Shown here one piece after another: positions 17,474 through 26,972 of a stretch of DNA of 64,000 nucleotides (position 1 is the first letter of the stretch; every line of letters starts with the position of its first letter). The notes under the pieces were generated by a model, which worked only from the letters and a program-made list of their open reading frames with translations, did no database searches and was not told the DNA's origin. The stretch covers positions 1-64,000 of the forward strand of contig CAVWIH010000013.1 of the NCBI GenBank assembly GCA_963755025.1, read 5' to 3'. The DNA is from an uncultured Actinomycetes bacterium (GTDB lineage Bacteria > Actinomycetota > Thermoleophilia > UBA2241). Position numbers and translations under genes: made by a program.

Positions 17474-18906
17474 ACCTGCCGCGCCTCGCAATCGCCGCGC
17501 CGCGCAGTGGCGAGGGCAAGACGACTGTGGCACTGGGCCTCATGGCCGCCCTGCGGCGGCGCGGCTTGCGTGTGCAGGGCTTTAAGGTCGGTCCCGACTA
17601 CCTCGATACCGGCTACCAGCGCTTTGCCACCGGAGTCGCTGGCCGTAATCTGGATCTGTTTATGATGGGCGGCGAGGCCGTGCGCGAGGCGCTCGCCGAG
17701 GCCGGCGGCACAGCGGACCTGGCCGTGATTGAAGGCGTGATGGGTCTCTTCGACGGGCACAACGACGGCGTCACCGCCACCAGCACCGCAGATGTGGCCA
17801 AGTGCGCGAGCGCGCCGGTCGTCCTGGTGCTCGATGCCACGCGTCTGGCAGCCAGCGCCGGTGCGCTGGCGCTGGGCTTCAAGATGTACGACCCCAAGGT
17901 GCGTCTCGTCGGCGTGATCCTCAACCGCTGGAACCTGCGGCGCGACAAGAGACCGGTCGAAGCGGCGCTGGCCCGCGCCGGTGTCGAGATTCTCGGCTAC
18001 CTGCCGCCGGTCGACGCGGGAGTGATGGCCTCGCGTCACCTCGGGCTCGTGGTGGCCGCTGAGCTGGGCGCCGAGGCGCAAAGCGTCGTCGACTGCTTAG
18101 GCGTCCAGCTCGCCGAGCACGTCGACCTCGACCGCCTGCTTGACATCGCAAATTCGGCGCCGCCTCTACCGGCCTCTTCGGAGTTGCCCGCGGCGCCGCC
18201 CGCGACCGCGGCCTCGGCGACTGTCGAGCCCGCCGCGCACGCTGCCGGGGCAACTGGTGGGCTGGACCTGCGCATCGCCGTCGCCTGGGACGACGCCTTT
18301 GCCTTCTACTACGCCGACAACCTCGCGCTGCTGCGCGCCCGCGGCGCCGAGCTCGTGTTCTTCAGCCCCCTGAGTGCGGCCGAGCTGCCGGCCTGCGACG
18401 GTCTCTACCTGGGCGGCGGCTACCCGGAGCTGCACGCCGCCGGTCTCGCCGACAATGAGCCGCTGCGCCATCACCTGGCGGCCGCCCTGGGCGCGGGCCT
18501 GCCGACCTACGCCGAGTGTGGCGGCCTGCTCTACTTGTGCGAATCGCTCGTCGACCTGCAGGGCCGCACCTGGCCGCTGGTCGGCGCCGTGCCGGGCCGC
18601 GCCGTCATGCACGAGCGCCTGCAGGGCATGGGCTACCGGCGGGCGACGCTGGCCGGCGACTCGCTGCTCGGCGCGGCGGGCGCCGCGCTGCGCGGCCACG
18701 AGTTCCACTACTCGAGCTGCGAGCTCGACGAGCCGGGCGCGCCGGCCTATCTGGTCGACGGCCGGCCCGAAGGCCACGCCGTGGGCGACCTGTTCGCGTC
18801 GTACATCCACGTCCATTTCGCCGGCCATCCGGCGGCGCTCGAGCACTGGCTCGAGCGTTGCCGCGGTCGCGCCGGCGCCCACCGACCGGGAGGCCGCCCC
18901 TCATGA
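17470..18906 (+). CDS. cbiA: cobyrinate a,c-diamide synthase
   Basis: SGEGKTT, FKVGPDYLD, EGVMGLFDG, GGGYPE, AECGG, GHEFHY. Confidence 0.95.
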   Translation: MNLPRLAIAAPRSGEGKTTVALGLMAALRRRGLRVQGFKVGPDYLDTGYQRFATGVAGRNLDLFMMGGEAVREALAEAGGTADLAVIEGVMGLFDGHNDGVTATSTADVAKCASAPVVLVLDATRLAASAGALALGFKMYDPKVRLVGVILNRWNLRRDKRPVEAALARAGVEILGYLPPVDAGVMASRHLGLVVAAELGAEAQSVVDCLGVQLAEHVDLDRLLDIANSAPPLPASSELPAAPPATAASATVEPAAHAAGATGGLDLRIAVAWDDAFAFYYADNLALLRARGAELVFFSPLSAAELPACDGLYLGGGYPELHAAGLADNEPLRHHLAAALGAGLPTYAECGGLLYLCESLVDLQGRTWPLVGAVPGRAVMHERLQGMGYRRATLAGDSLLGAAGAALRGHEFHYSSCELDEPGAPAYLVDGRPEGHAVGDLFASYIHVHFAGHPAALEHWLERCRGRAGAHRPGGRPS

Positions 18907-19274
18907 GCACAGCGTTGATCGTCCTCGGCCACGGCAGCCGCAACCCGGTCGCCAGGGAGCAGTTCCTGGCGCTCGTGGCGCAGCTGCGGGCTGCACGGCC
19001 CGAGCCCGTCCATGCGGCGAGCATGGAGCTCGCCCCGCCCACGCTCGACGAGGCGGTGGCCGAAGCCGTCGCCGCCGGCGCCACCGAGATCGTCGTGCAG
19101 CCCTGTTTTCTGTTCGACGGCAACCACATCCGCCGCGACATTCCCGGGATGCTGCTCCGGGCGGAGGCCGAGTACCCGGCCGTGACCTTTCGCTGCGGCC
19201 GGCCCATCGGGGCCGACCGGCGCGTCGTCGAGATCCTGCTCGAGCGTGCCGAGGAGGCGCCGTGTCTGGGCTGA
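18903..19274 (+). CDS. cbiX: short CbiX sirohydrochlorin cobaltochelatase
   Basis: GHGSR, PCFLFDGNHIRRDIP. Confidence 0.9.
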   Translation: MSTALIVLGHGSRNPVAREQFLALVAQLRAARPEPVHAASMELAPPTLDEAVAEAVAAGATEIVVQPCFLFDGNHIRRDIPGMLLRAEAEYPAVTFRCGRPIGADRRVVEILLERAEEAPCLG

Positions 19275-19888
19275 GGCCGGGCGAGATCGAGGCGGCCAGC
19301 ATGGCCATCATCGACGGCTTGCTGCCGGCCGGCGACTGGACTCCCGGCGAGCTGGCCGTCGTCAAACGGCTGGTGCACACGAGCGGCGATCCCTCGCTGG
19401 CCGCCGCCGTGCGCTTTCACCCCCGGGCGGTGCCCGCCGGCGTGCGCGCCCTGCGCCGCGGCGCGCCCGTGTTCACCGACACGAACATGGCGCGCATCGG
19501 CCTGAGCGCCGACCGCATCGCGGCGCTCGGCGGCGCGATCGAGTGCCTGATCGGCGACGAGGCCGTGGCGGCCGAGTCGCGGCGCAGCGGGCTCACGCGC
19601 GCCGCCCTCGCCATGCGCGCCTTCGGCGCCCGGCTCGACGGCGCGGTCGTGGTCATCGGCAACGCGCCCACGGCCCTGCGCGAGGTGCTCGCCCTGGCGG
19701 CGGCCGGCGTGGCACGCCCGGCGCTCGTGGTCGGCATGCCGGTGGGCTTCGTCGATGCCGCCGAGTCGAAAGCGGCCCTGATGGATTCCGACCTCATCTC
19801 TATCGCCGTCGCAGGCACGCGCGGCGGCAGCCCGCTGGCCGCCACCACCGTCAACGCCCTCTTGCGCGTGCTCGAGGACGAAGCGTGA
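19262..19888 (+). CDS. cbiC: cobalt-precorrin-8 methylmutase
   Basis: IGNAPTAL, GMPVGFVDAAESK, RGGSP. Confidence 0.95.
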   Translation: MSGLRPGEIEAASMAIIDGLLPAGDWTPGELAVVKRLVHTSGDPSLAAAVRFHPRAVPAGVRALRRGAPVFTDTNMARIGLSADRIAALGGAIECLIGDEAVAAESRRSGLTRAALAMRAFGARLDGAVVVIGNAPTALREVLALAAAGVARPALVVGMPVGFVDAAESKAALMDSDLISIAVAGTRGGSPLAATTVNALLRVLEDEA

Positions 19889-21783
19889 CCGAGACGCGCC
19901 TCGAGCCGCGCACCGGGCTCACGACCGGCACCTGCGCCGCCGCGGCCGCCGCGGCCGCCGCGGCGGCGCTCGCCGGTCGCACGCACGAGTCGGTCGAGGT
20001 CGAGCTGCCCGGCGGTGACCTCGTGACCCTCGACGTTGCTTGGCTGGAGCGGCCGGCGCCGGAGCGCGCCCGGGCCGGCGTGGTCAAAGACGCAGGCGAC
20101 GACCCCGACCTGACCGACGGCGTGACCGTGGTGGCCGAGGTCGAGCGCCTCGAGGGGGCCGGCGCCGGAGTGACCTTTGTCGCGGGGCCGGGCGTCGGCA
20201 CTGTGACCCGCGCCGGCCTGCAGCTCGCCGTGGGCGAGCCCGCCATCAACCCGGTGCCCCGGGCGATGATCGCCGCCGCCGTGCGCGCGGCGCTGCCCGT
20301 GGGCTGCCTGCGCGTCACGATCGCCGTTCCCGGCGGCGACACACTCGCCGCCCGTACCTTCAACCCGCGACTGGGCGTGGTCGGCGGCCTCTCGGTGCTG
20401 GGCACCTCGGGCCGCGTCATCCCCAAGTCCGAAGACGCCTGGCTGCGCTCCCTGCTGCCCCAGGTCGACATCGCCGTCGCGGCCGGGCTGCGCACCCTGT
20501 ACCTGACCCCGGGGCAGTTCGGCGAGCGCGCCGCGCGCGCGAGCTTCGACGCCGCCGAGACCGCCATCGTGCAGTGCGCCAACTTCGTCGGCGAGGTGCT
20601 CGACCACTGCGTCGCGGCCGGCGTAGAGCGCATCGTGCTGGTCGGTCACGTGGGCAAGCTGCTCAAGGTCGCGGCCGGCATCTGGAACACGCACAGCCGC
20701 TTCGGCGACGCACGCCTCGAGACGCTGGCGGCGCTGGCCGGCGCCGCCGGGGCGCCGCCCACGGTCATCTGCCGCCTGCTCGAGCTGACCACCGCCGAAG
20801 CCGCGGTCGAGGTCCTGGGCGCCGCCGGTCTCGATGACGTGTGGAACGACGTCGCCCAGCGCGTCGCCCAGCGAGCGGCGGCGCGCGTTGCGCAACAAGC
20901 GGCCGGCCTCGACGCGCCGATCATCGACTGCGCCGTCGTCGGCTACGGGGGTGACGTGCTCGGTCGTTCGGTCGGGCTGCGTGGTGCGCGGTTGACCGGG
21001 CGCAGCGGCACGCCGGCGGGTGTGGCTGCTTCCGTGCTCGGCGCGCCGGCCGGAGCGCCCGCGACTGCGCTCGGCGGCCCCACGTGCGCCCCCAGGAGCG
21101 CCCCCGACCAGCCCGTCGCCTTGCAGGCGCTCGAGATCGCCGTCGTGGGCGTCGGCCCCGGCGCCGAAGAGTGGCTGACGTCGGCCGCCTGGCGGCGCAT
21201 CAGGGCCGCGGAACTCGTGGCCGGCGGCCGCCGCCAGCTCGCCCGCTTCGCGCCGGCCGGCGCGGAGCAGCTCGCCGTGGGCGGCGACGTCGCGACCTTC
21301 GCCGCCGTCCTAGAAGCCCATGCCGGCAAACGCATCGTCGTGCTGGCGAGCGGCGACCCCGGCCTGTTTGGCATCGCCGCCTCGCTGCGCCGCCTGCTGC
21401 CCGAGGCCGCGATCACGACCCTGCCGGGGATCAGTTCCGTTCAACTGGCGATGGCTCGGCTGAGCCTGCCGTGGCACGACGTCGTCTTCGCGAGCGCGCA
21501 CGGCGCCGGCATCGAGGCCGTGCTGACCGCCACGCAAGCCCACCCCCGGGTCGTCGCCCTCACCGACGCGCGCACCACGGCCCAGACCATCGCGGAGGCC
21601 CTGCTCGCCGCCGGCGAGCCGGTCGCGATCACCGTGTGCGAACGCCTCGGCGAGCCCGACGAGCGCGTCACTCACGGCAGTCCCGAAACCCTCGCCGCGG
21701 CCGCCTTCGACGGCCTCGCCGTGGTCTTCGTCGAGCGCGACGCCTCGCGCCCGGGGCCTGCTTCAGCAAGAGGAGAGAGATGA
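19885..21783 (+). CDS. cbiD: CbiD fused to C-terminal CbiE methyltransferase
   Basis: TTGTCA, KDAGDDPD, AINPVPR, TFNPRLG; then VGVGPG, ASGDPGLFG, PGISS, CERLG. Confidence 0.92.
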   Translation: MTETRLEPRTGLTTGTCAAAAAAAAAAALAGRTHESVEVELPGGDLVTLDVAWLERPAPERARAGVVKDAGDDPDLTDGVTVVAEVERLEGAGAGVTFVAGPGVGTVTRAGLQLAVGEPAINPVPRAMIAAAVRAALPVGCLRVTIAVPGGDTLAARTFNPRLGVVGGLSVLGTSGRVIPKSEDAWLRSLLPQVDIAVAAGLRTLYLTPGQFGERAARASFDAAETAIVQCANFVGEVLDHCVAAGVERIVLVGHVGKLLKVAAGIWNTHSRFGDARLETLAALAGAAGAPPTVICRLLELTTAEAAVEVLGAAGLDDVWNDVAQRVAQRAAARVAQQAAGLDAPIIDCAVVGYGGDVLGRSVGLRGARLTGRSGTPAGVAASVLGAPAGAPATALGGPTCAPRSAPDQPVALQALEIAVVGVGPGAEEWLTSAAWRRIRAAELVAGGRRQLARFAPAGAEQLAVGGDVATFAAVLEAHAGKRIVVLASGDPGLFGIAASLRRLLPEAAITTLPGISSVQLAMARLSLPWHDVVFASAHGAGIEAVLTATQAHPRVVALTDARTTAQTIAEALLAAGEPVAITVCERLGEPDERVTHGSPETLAAAAFDGLAVVFVERDASRPGPASARGER

Positions 21784-22526
21784 CCGCAGACTACGCCTCC
21801 GGCACGATGCGCGCCGTCGACCTGGTGCCGCCGGGCCTGGCCGACGAGCTCTTCGTGCGCGGCGAGGCGCCCATGACCAAGGCCGAGGTGCGCGCCGTGA
21901 CCATGGCGGGGGCGCGCCTGCGGCCCGGCGAGCGCGCCCTCGACATAGGCGCCGGCACCGGCAGCCTGACCGTCGAGGCGGCGCTGCTCTGCGCGCCGGG
22001 CGAAGTCGTGGCCGTAGAGCGAAGCGCCGCCGCGCGCGAGCTGCTGCGCGCCAACCTGGAGCGCTTTCGTCTTGACGGCGTGACCGTCGTCGCCGGCGCG
22101 GCGCCCGCGGCGCTCGCCGGCCTGGGCGACTTCGACGCCATCTTCGTGGGCGGCAGCGGCGGCGACCTCGCAGCCATCCTGGCGGCGTTGCCCGGTCTGC
22201 TGCGGCCCGGCGGCCGCGTGGTCTTCAACACCGTCTGCCTGGAGACGACGGCGACCGTGACCGCGACCCTGCGGCGGCCGCCGTGGGCGGCGTTTGCCTG
22301 CTCGCAGGTCGCCGTCGCGCGCGCCGTGGCGGCCGGACCGTTGCTGCGTTTTGAGGCGCTCAATCCCGTGTGGGTGAGCTCGGCCCGGCTTGCCGAGACG
22401 ACCGGCGACCGTCTGCCCGCCGGCGATCCCGGCGCGTCAGTGGGCGAGCCGGGTACGCGTACGGCACAAGCGAGCGCGGCGGCCCCGGCAGGATCGACTC
22501 CGTCGAACCTAGGCGGCGCCCCGTGA
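21780..22526 (+). CDS. cbiT: cobalt-precorrin-6B C15-methyltransferase
   Basis: PMTKAEVR, DIGAGTGS, FVGGSGG, NPVW. Confidence 0.93.
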   Translation: MTADYASGTMRAVDLVPPGLADELFVRGEAPMTKAEVRAVTMAGARLRPGERALDIGAGTGSLTVEAALLCAPGEVVAVERSAAARELLRANLERFRLDGVTVVAGAAPAALAGLGDFDAIFVGGSGGDLAAILAALPGLLRPGGRVVFNTVCLETTATVTATLRRPPWAAFACSQVAVARAVAAGPLLRFEALNPVWVSSARLAETTGDRLPAGDPGASVGEPGTRTAQASAAAPAGSTPSNLGGAP

Positions 22527-23227
22527 TCGCGACGATTTACGGCGTGGGCATCGGCCCCGGCGACCCCGGCCTGCTCACGCTGAACGCCGTCGAGGTGCTG
22601 CAGGCCGCGAGCGCGGTCGTGGCGCCGGCGCCACGCGCCGGCGCCGAGAGCCTGGCGTTGCGCATTGCCGCGCCGCACCTGCCGGCCGCCTGCGAGGTGC
22701 ACACCGTGCGCCTCCCGATGACCGAGGAACGCGCCGCCCTGCAGGTCGCCTGGGACGAGGCGGCGACCCAGCTTGTGCGTCTCGCCGAAGCCGGGCCGGT
22801 CGCCTTCATCACGCTCGGCGACGCCCTGCTCTACAGCACCTGGAGCTACGTGCTGGCATCTCTGCGGCGCCTGGCTCCCGAGGTCGCGACCGCGACGATC
22901 CCCGGCATCACCGCCATGGCGGCCTGTGCCGCGGTCGTGGGCCGGCCTCTGGCCGAGGGCCGCGAGCCCCTGCTGCTGTGGCCCGACGCGCCGCCGAGCG
23001 ACGCGGCCGCGCTCCTCGCCCTGGCGCCCAACGTCGTCTTCATGAAGGCCGACCGTCACCTCGCGGCGCTCGCCGCGCTGGCCGAGAGCTGCGGCGCCGA
23101 AGCGGTCGCCGTGCGCCGCGCCTCGCAGCCCGACGGCTGCAGCACCGACGACCTGCGCGCCTGGGCCGGCGCTCCCCAACACGACTACCTGACCACCGTC
23201 CTCATGCACCGCAAGGAGCGCACATGA
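22523..23227 (+). CDS. cbiL: cobalt-precorrin-2 C20-methyltransferase
   Basis: YGVGIGPGDPGLLT, TLGDALLYST, PGIT. Confidence 0.92.
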   Translation: MIATIYGVGIGPGDPGLLTLNAVEVLQAASAVVAPAPRAGAESLALRIAAPHLPAACEVHTVRLPMTEERAALQVAWDEAATQLVRLAEAGPVAFITLGDALLYSTWSYVLASLRRLAPEVATATIPGITAMAACAAVVGRPLAEGREPLLLWPDAPPSDAAALLALAPNVVFMKADRHLAALAALAESCGAEAVAVRRASQPDGCSTDDLRAWAGAPQHDYLTTVLMHRKERT

Positions 23228-24077
23228 TCTGGTTCGTCGGCGCCGGGCCGGGAGACCCGGAGCTCATCACCGTCAAGGGGCGGCGCCTGCTCGAGGCGGC
23301 CGACGTCGTGCTCTACGCGGGTTCGCTCGTGCCCGTCACCCTGCTCGACTGGACGCCCCCCGGTTGCGCCTGCCACGACAGCGCCGGCATGCACCTTGAC
23401 GAGCAGGTGCGCCTGATGGCCGCCGCCCACGGCGCCGGCCGCCGGGTCGTGCGCCTGCACACCGGCGACCCCAGCCTGTACGGCGCCATCGGCGAGCAGA
23501 TGCGCGCCCTCGACGGGCTGGGCATCGTCTACGAGGTCGTGCCGGGAGTGAGCTCGTTCGTCGCCGCCGCCGCCGCCCTGCCGACCGAGCTCACGCTGCC
23601 TGGCGTCTCGCAGACCGTGATCATCACCCGCCAGGCGGGGCGCACGCCGGTGCCGGCGGGTCAGGACTGGCGTCGCTTGCCGGTCATCGCGCCACGATGG
23701 CCGTGTTCCTCTCGGCCAGCCGGCTCGAAGAGACCGTCGCCGCGCTGCGCGAACACTACCCCGGCGAGACGGCGGCGGCGATCGTGCAACGCGCCTCGTG
23801 GCCACAGGAGAAGGTGCTGCGCGGCACGCTCGCGACCATCGCCACCGCGGCGCGGGGCGCCGGCATCGAGCGCACTGCGATGATTCTGGTGGGCGATGTG
23901 CTGCGCAACGAAGGCGAGGCCTCGCTGCTCTACGACAGGACGTTCTCGCACGGCTACCGGCGGGGCGAGAGCCACTCGGCCGCCAACGACGATCGCCAGG
24001 GCGAGGGTCGGGCGCCGGACGACGGCTTCGAGCCCGCGGACGCGCCAGCCGCCGAGGGCCCGGGCAGAGCGACGTGA
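23224..24077 (+). CDS. cbiF: cobalt-precorrin-4 C11-methyltransferase, frameshift near 23666
   Basis: VGAGPGDPELITVKG, YAGSLV, RLHTGDPSLYG; continues in another frame ASWPQE..SLLYD..FSH. Confidence 0.9.
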
Positions 24078-24907
24078 TCACGTTCGAGCGCGCCGGCGCC
24101 GTGGCCCTCGTGGCCGCCTCGCCCGAGGGCGCCGGCCTCGCCCTCGGCCTGGCGCGACGCTTTGCCGAGCCCGAGCGGGTCACCGTGTGGGCGGCGAAGC
24201 CCTACCTGCCCGGCCTGCGTGTTGGCGAGGGCTCGCTGACCGAGCTCGTGGGCACGTTGTGGCCCGACCACGCCGCCATCGTCGGCGTGATGGCGAGCGG
24301 CATCATGGTGCGCCTCGTCGCGCCCTGGCTGCGCAGCAAGCTGAGCGACCCCGCCGTGGTCGTGGTCGACGACGCCGGGCGCTTCGCCATCAGCCTGCTG
24401 TCGGGCCACGAGGGCGGCGCCAACCGCCTGGCCGAGCAGATCGCCGCCGAGGTGCGCGGCCAGGCGGTCGTGACCACCGGCAGCGAGGCGCAGCGCCGCG
24501 TGGTGGCCGGCGTGGGCGCGCGCAAGGGCGTGAGCGAGCAGCAGGTGCTGGCGGCGCTCGACGAGGCGCTGCACGCCGCCGGCCACACCCGTGCCGACGT
24601 GCGCGCCCTGGCCACCATCGACCTGAAGAGCGCCGAAGCCGGCATCCTGGCGGCCGCCCAGCGGCTCGGGGTGCCGGTGCAGATAGTCGACCGGAAGCGC
24701 ATCCGCGTCTTGCAAGACGCGCTGCGCGAGCCAGGATTCGTGGAAGAGATCACAGGAGTGGCAGCGGTATGCGAACCGGCAGCGATGCTGAGCGGCCCAC
24801 AGAACCGGCTTTTGGCGCCGAGACTGGCGCGCAACGGGGTGACGGTGGCCCTGGCCAAGGACGGCTGTGGCTCGTCGGCCTGGGACCAGGCGGACGCGAC
24901 CACCTGA
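24074..24907 (+). CDS. cbiG: cobalt-precorrin-5A hydrolase
   Basis: DPAVVVVD, SLLSGHEGGAN, GVGARKG, AVCEPAA. Confidence 0.92.
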   Translation: MITFERAGAVALVAASPEGAGLALGLARRFAEPERVTVWAAKPYLPGLRVGEGSLTELVGTLWPDHAAIVGVMASGIMVRLVAPWLRSKLSDPAVVVVDDAGRFAISLLSGHEGGANRLAEQIAAEVRGQAVVTTGSEAQRRVVAGVGARKGVSEQQVLAALDEALHAAGHTRADVRALATIDLKSAEAGILAAAQRLGVPVQIVDRKRIRVLQDALREPGFVEEITGVAAVCEPAAMLSGPQNRLLAPRLARNGVTVALAKDGCGSSAWDQADATT

Positions 24908-25584
24908 CGCCGGCCGCGGCGGCGGCCCTGGCCGCCGCCGAGGTCGTCGTGGGCTACAAGCCCTACCTGGCGATGGTCGCCGACCTGGTGGCCGGCAAGC
25001 GCTTGGTGGCGAGCGGCATGCGCCAGGAGGCGGCGCGCGCCGAGGCGGCGATCGCCGCCGCCCTGAGCGGCGCCCGCGTGGCCGTGCTGAGCACCGGCGA
25101 CGCCGGCATCTACGGCATGGCGGGACTGGTGCTGGAGCTGCTGCCCGAGGACTCGGATGTGGCGGTCGAGGTCGTGCCCGGAGTCACGGCGGCGAGCGCC
25201 GCCGCGGCGTGCCTGGGCGCGCCGCTCATGAACGACTTCGCCGTGGTCAGCCTGAGCGACCTGATGACGCCGCTCGCCCTCATCGAGCGCCGCCTCACGG
25301 CGGTCGCCGAGGGCGACTTCGTCGTGGTGCTCTACAACCCGCGCAGCGCCAGGCGTCACGAGCCGCTGCGCCGCGCGCTCGCCATCTTGCGCACGCGTCG
25401 TGCGCCGCAGACGCCGGTCGGTCTGGTGCGCAACGCGCTGCGCGCCGAACAGCGCGTGCTGATCACTTCGCTCGCCGAGCTGCGCGAAGAAGACGTCGAC
25501 ATGATGACCGTGCTGGTGGTGGGCAACGGAACGACGGTGGTGCGCGACGGCCGCATGGTCACGCCCCGGGGCTACCCCTCGTGA
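24769..25584 (+). CDS. cbiH: cobalt-precorrin-3 C17-methyltransferase (start uncertain; may be fused to CbiG)
   Basis: VGLGPG, GDAGIYGMA, DFAVVSLSDLMTP, YNPRS, TPRGY. Confidence 0.9.
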   Translation: MRTGSDAERPTEPAFGAETGAQRGDGGPGQGRLWLVGLGPGGRDHLTPAAAAALAAAEVVVGYKPYLAMVADLVAGKRLVASGMRQEAARAEAAIAAALSGARVAVLSTGDAGIYGMAGLVLELLPEDSDVAVEVVPGVTAASAAAACLGAPLMNDFAVVSLSDLMTPLALIERRLTAVAEGDFVVVLYNPRSARRHEPLRRALAILRTRRAPQTPVGLVRNALRAEQRVLITSLAELREEDVDMMTVLVVGNGTTVVRDGRMVTPRGYPS

Positions 25585-26972
25585 TCCTCATCTTGGGCGG
25601 CACCAGCGACGCGCGCCTGCTGGCGGGCGAGCTGCAGGCGGCCGGCTACGACGTCCTATTGAGCGTGGTCGGCGACTACGCGGCGCGCCTGGCGGCCGGC
25701 GACGGCCTTGCCGTGCGCAGCGGCGCGCTCGACGAGGCCGGCCTCGAGCGCCTGCTCGACGAGGCCGAGGCCGTCGTCGACGCTACCCACCCCTTTGCCC
25801 AGGAGATCTCGGCCTCCACGGCGACGGTCGCCGGCCGCCGCGGCAGGGCGCTGCTGCGCTTCGAGCGTGGCGCCGGGGCGCTGCCCGAGGGAGTGCTGGG
25901 TGCGGCCGACGCCACCGCGGCGGCAGCCCTGGCCGTGGCGCAAGCCGGCGCGGGCGTCATCTTCCTGACGGTCGGCAGCAAGACCTTGGCGCCTTACGTG
26001 AGCGCGGCGCGGGCCGCGAATCTGCGTCTTGTGGCGCGCGTCCTGCCCACCGTGAAATCGCTGCAGGCCTGCGCCGCCGTCGGCCTGGAGCCGCGCGACG
26101 TCGTCGCCTTGCAGGGGCCGACGAGCGTCGGCTTAGACGCGGCCCTGCTGCGCCACCTCGGCGCCACCGTGCTCGTGACCAAGCAGAGCGGCGCCGTGGG
26201 CGGCCTCGACGAGAAGCTGCGGGCCGCCGAGGTCGCCGGGGCGACCGCCATCGTCGTGCTCAGGCCGGCTGCTGTCGCGGGCGGCGCGCCCGGCGCCGCC
26301 GCCGCCGGCGGCGGCGCAGAGCCTACCCGTGCCACGACGTCGGCGCAGGTGCTCGACTGGCTCGCAGCGGCCGGCGTGGCGCCGGCCGGCGCCGCGCTTA
26401 CCGGCGGGCCGAGCGCCTCGCCACGCCGCTTGTCGGGCGCCGCGACGCGCCGCCTGCCGCGCGGCCTGCTGCAGCTCTACGTGGGCGACGGCAAGGGAAA
26501 GACGACGGCCGCCGTCGGTTTGGCGCTGCGCGCGCGTGGCGCCGGCCTGCGGGTCGTGTTCGTGCAGTTCGTCAAGGGAGGCCGCGAGAGCTCTGAGCTC
26601 GCCGCATTGCGGACTGCGGGGGTCGAGGTCGTGCGTCCGGCCGTGGCGCGCAGCGGCGTGCTGCGCGGGGCGCCCGGCGACGACGACCGGGCCGCCGCCG
26701 CGGCCGCCTGGGCCGCGGCCGCCCGGGCGCTCGGCGACGACGACTGCGACCTGCTGGTGCTCGACGAGCTGCACGCCGCGCTGCGCCACGGCCTGGTCGC
26801 GTTGCCCGACGTGCTGGCTTGCCCTAGCCGCCCGGTCGGCTCACTCGAGGTCGTCGCCACCGGCCGTGATGCCGCGCAGGAGTTGCTTGACACCGCCGAC
26901 CTGATCACCGAGATGAAGGCGGTGCGCCACGTCTATCCGGCCGTCGCGGCCCGCAGAGGAGTGGAGGCCTGA
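25581..26972 (+). CDS. cbiJ: CbiJ precorrin-6 reductase fused to CobO/BtuR-type corrinoid adenosyltransferase
   Basis: LGGTSDAR, DATHPFA, TKQSG; then YVGDGKGKTTAA, QFVKG, LDE, ADLITEM. Confidence 0.9.
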   Translation: MILILGGTSDARLLAGELQAAGYDVLLSVVGDYAARLAAGDGLAVRSGALDEAGLERLLDEAEAVVDATHPFAQEISASTATVAGRRGRALLRFERGAGALPEGVLGAADATAAAALAVAQAGAGVIFLTVGSKTLAPYVSAARAANLRLVARVLPTVKSLQACAAVGLEPRDVVALQGPTSVGLDAALLRHLGATVLVTKQSGAVGGLDEKLRAAEVAGATAIVVLRPAAVAGGAPGAAAAGGGAEPTRATTSAQVLDWLAAAGVAPAGAALTGGPSASPRRLSGAATRRLPRGLLQLYVGDGKGKTTAAVGLALRARGAGLRVVFVQFVKGGRESSELAALRTAGVEVVRPAVARSGVLRGAPGDDDRAAAAAAWAAAARALGDDDCDLLVLDELHAALRHGLVALPDVLACPSRPVGSLEVVATGRDAAQELLDTADLITEMKAVRHVYPAVAARRGVEA

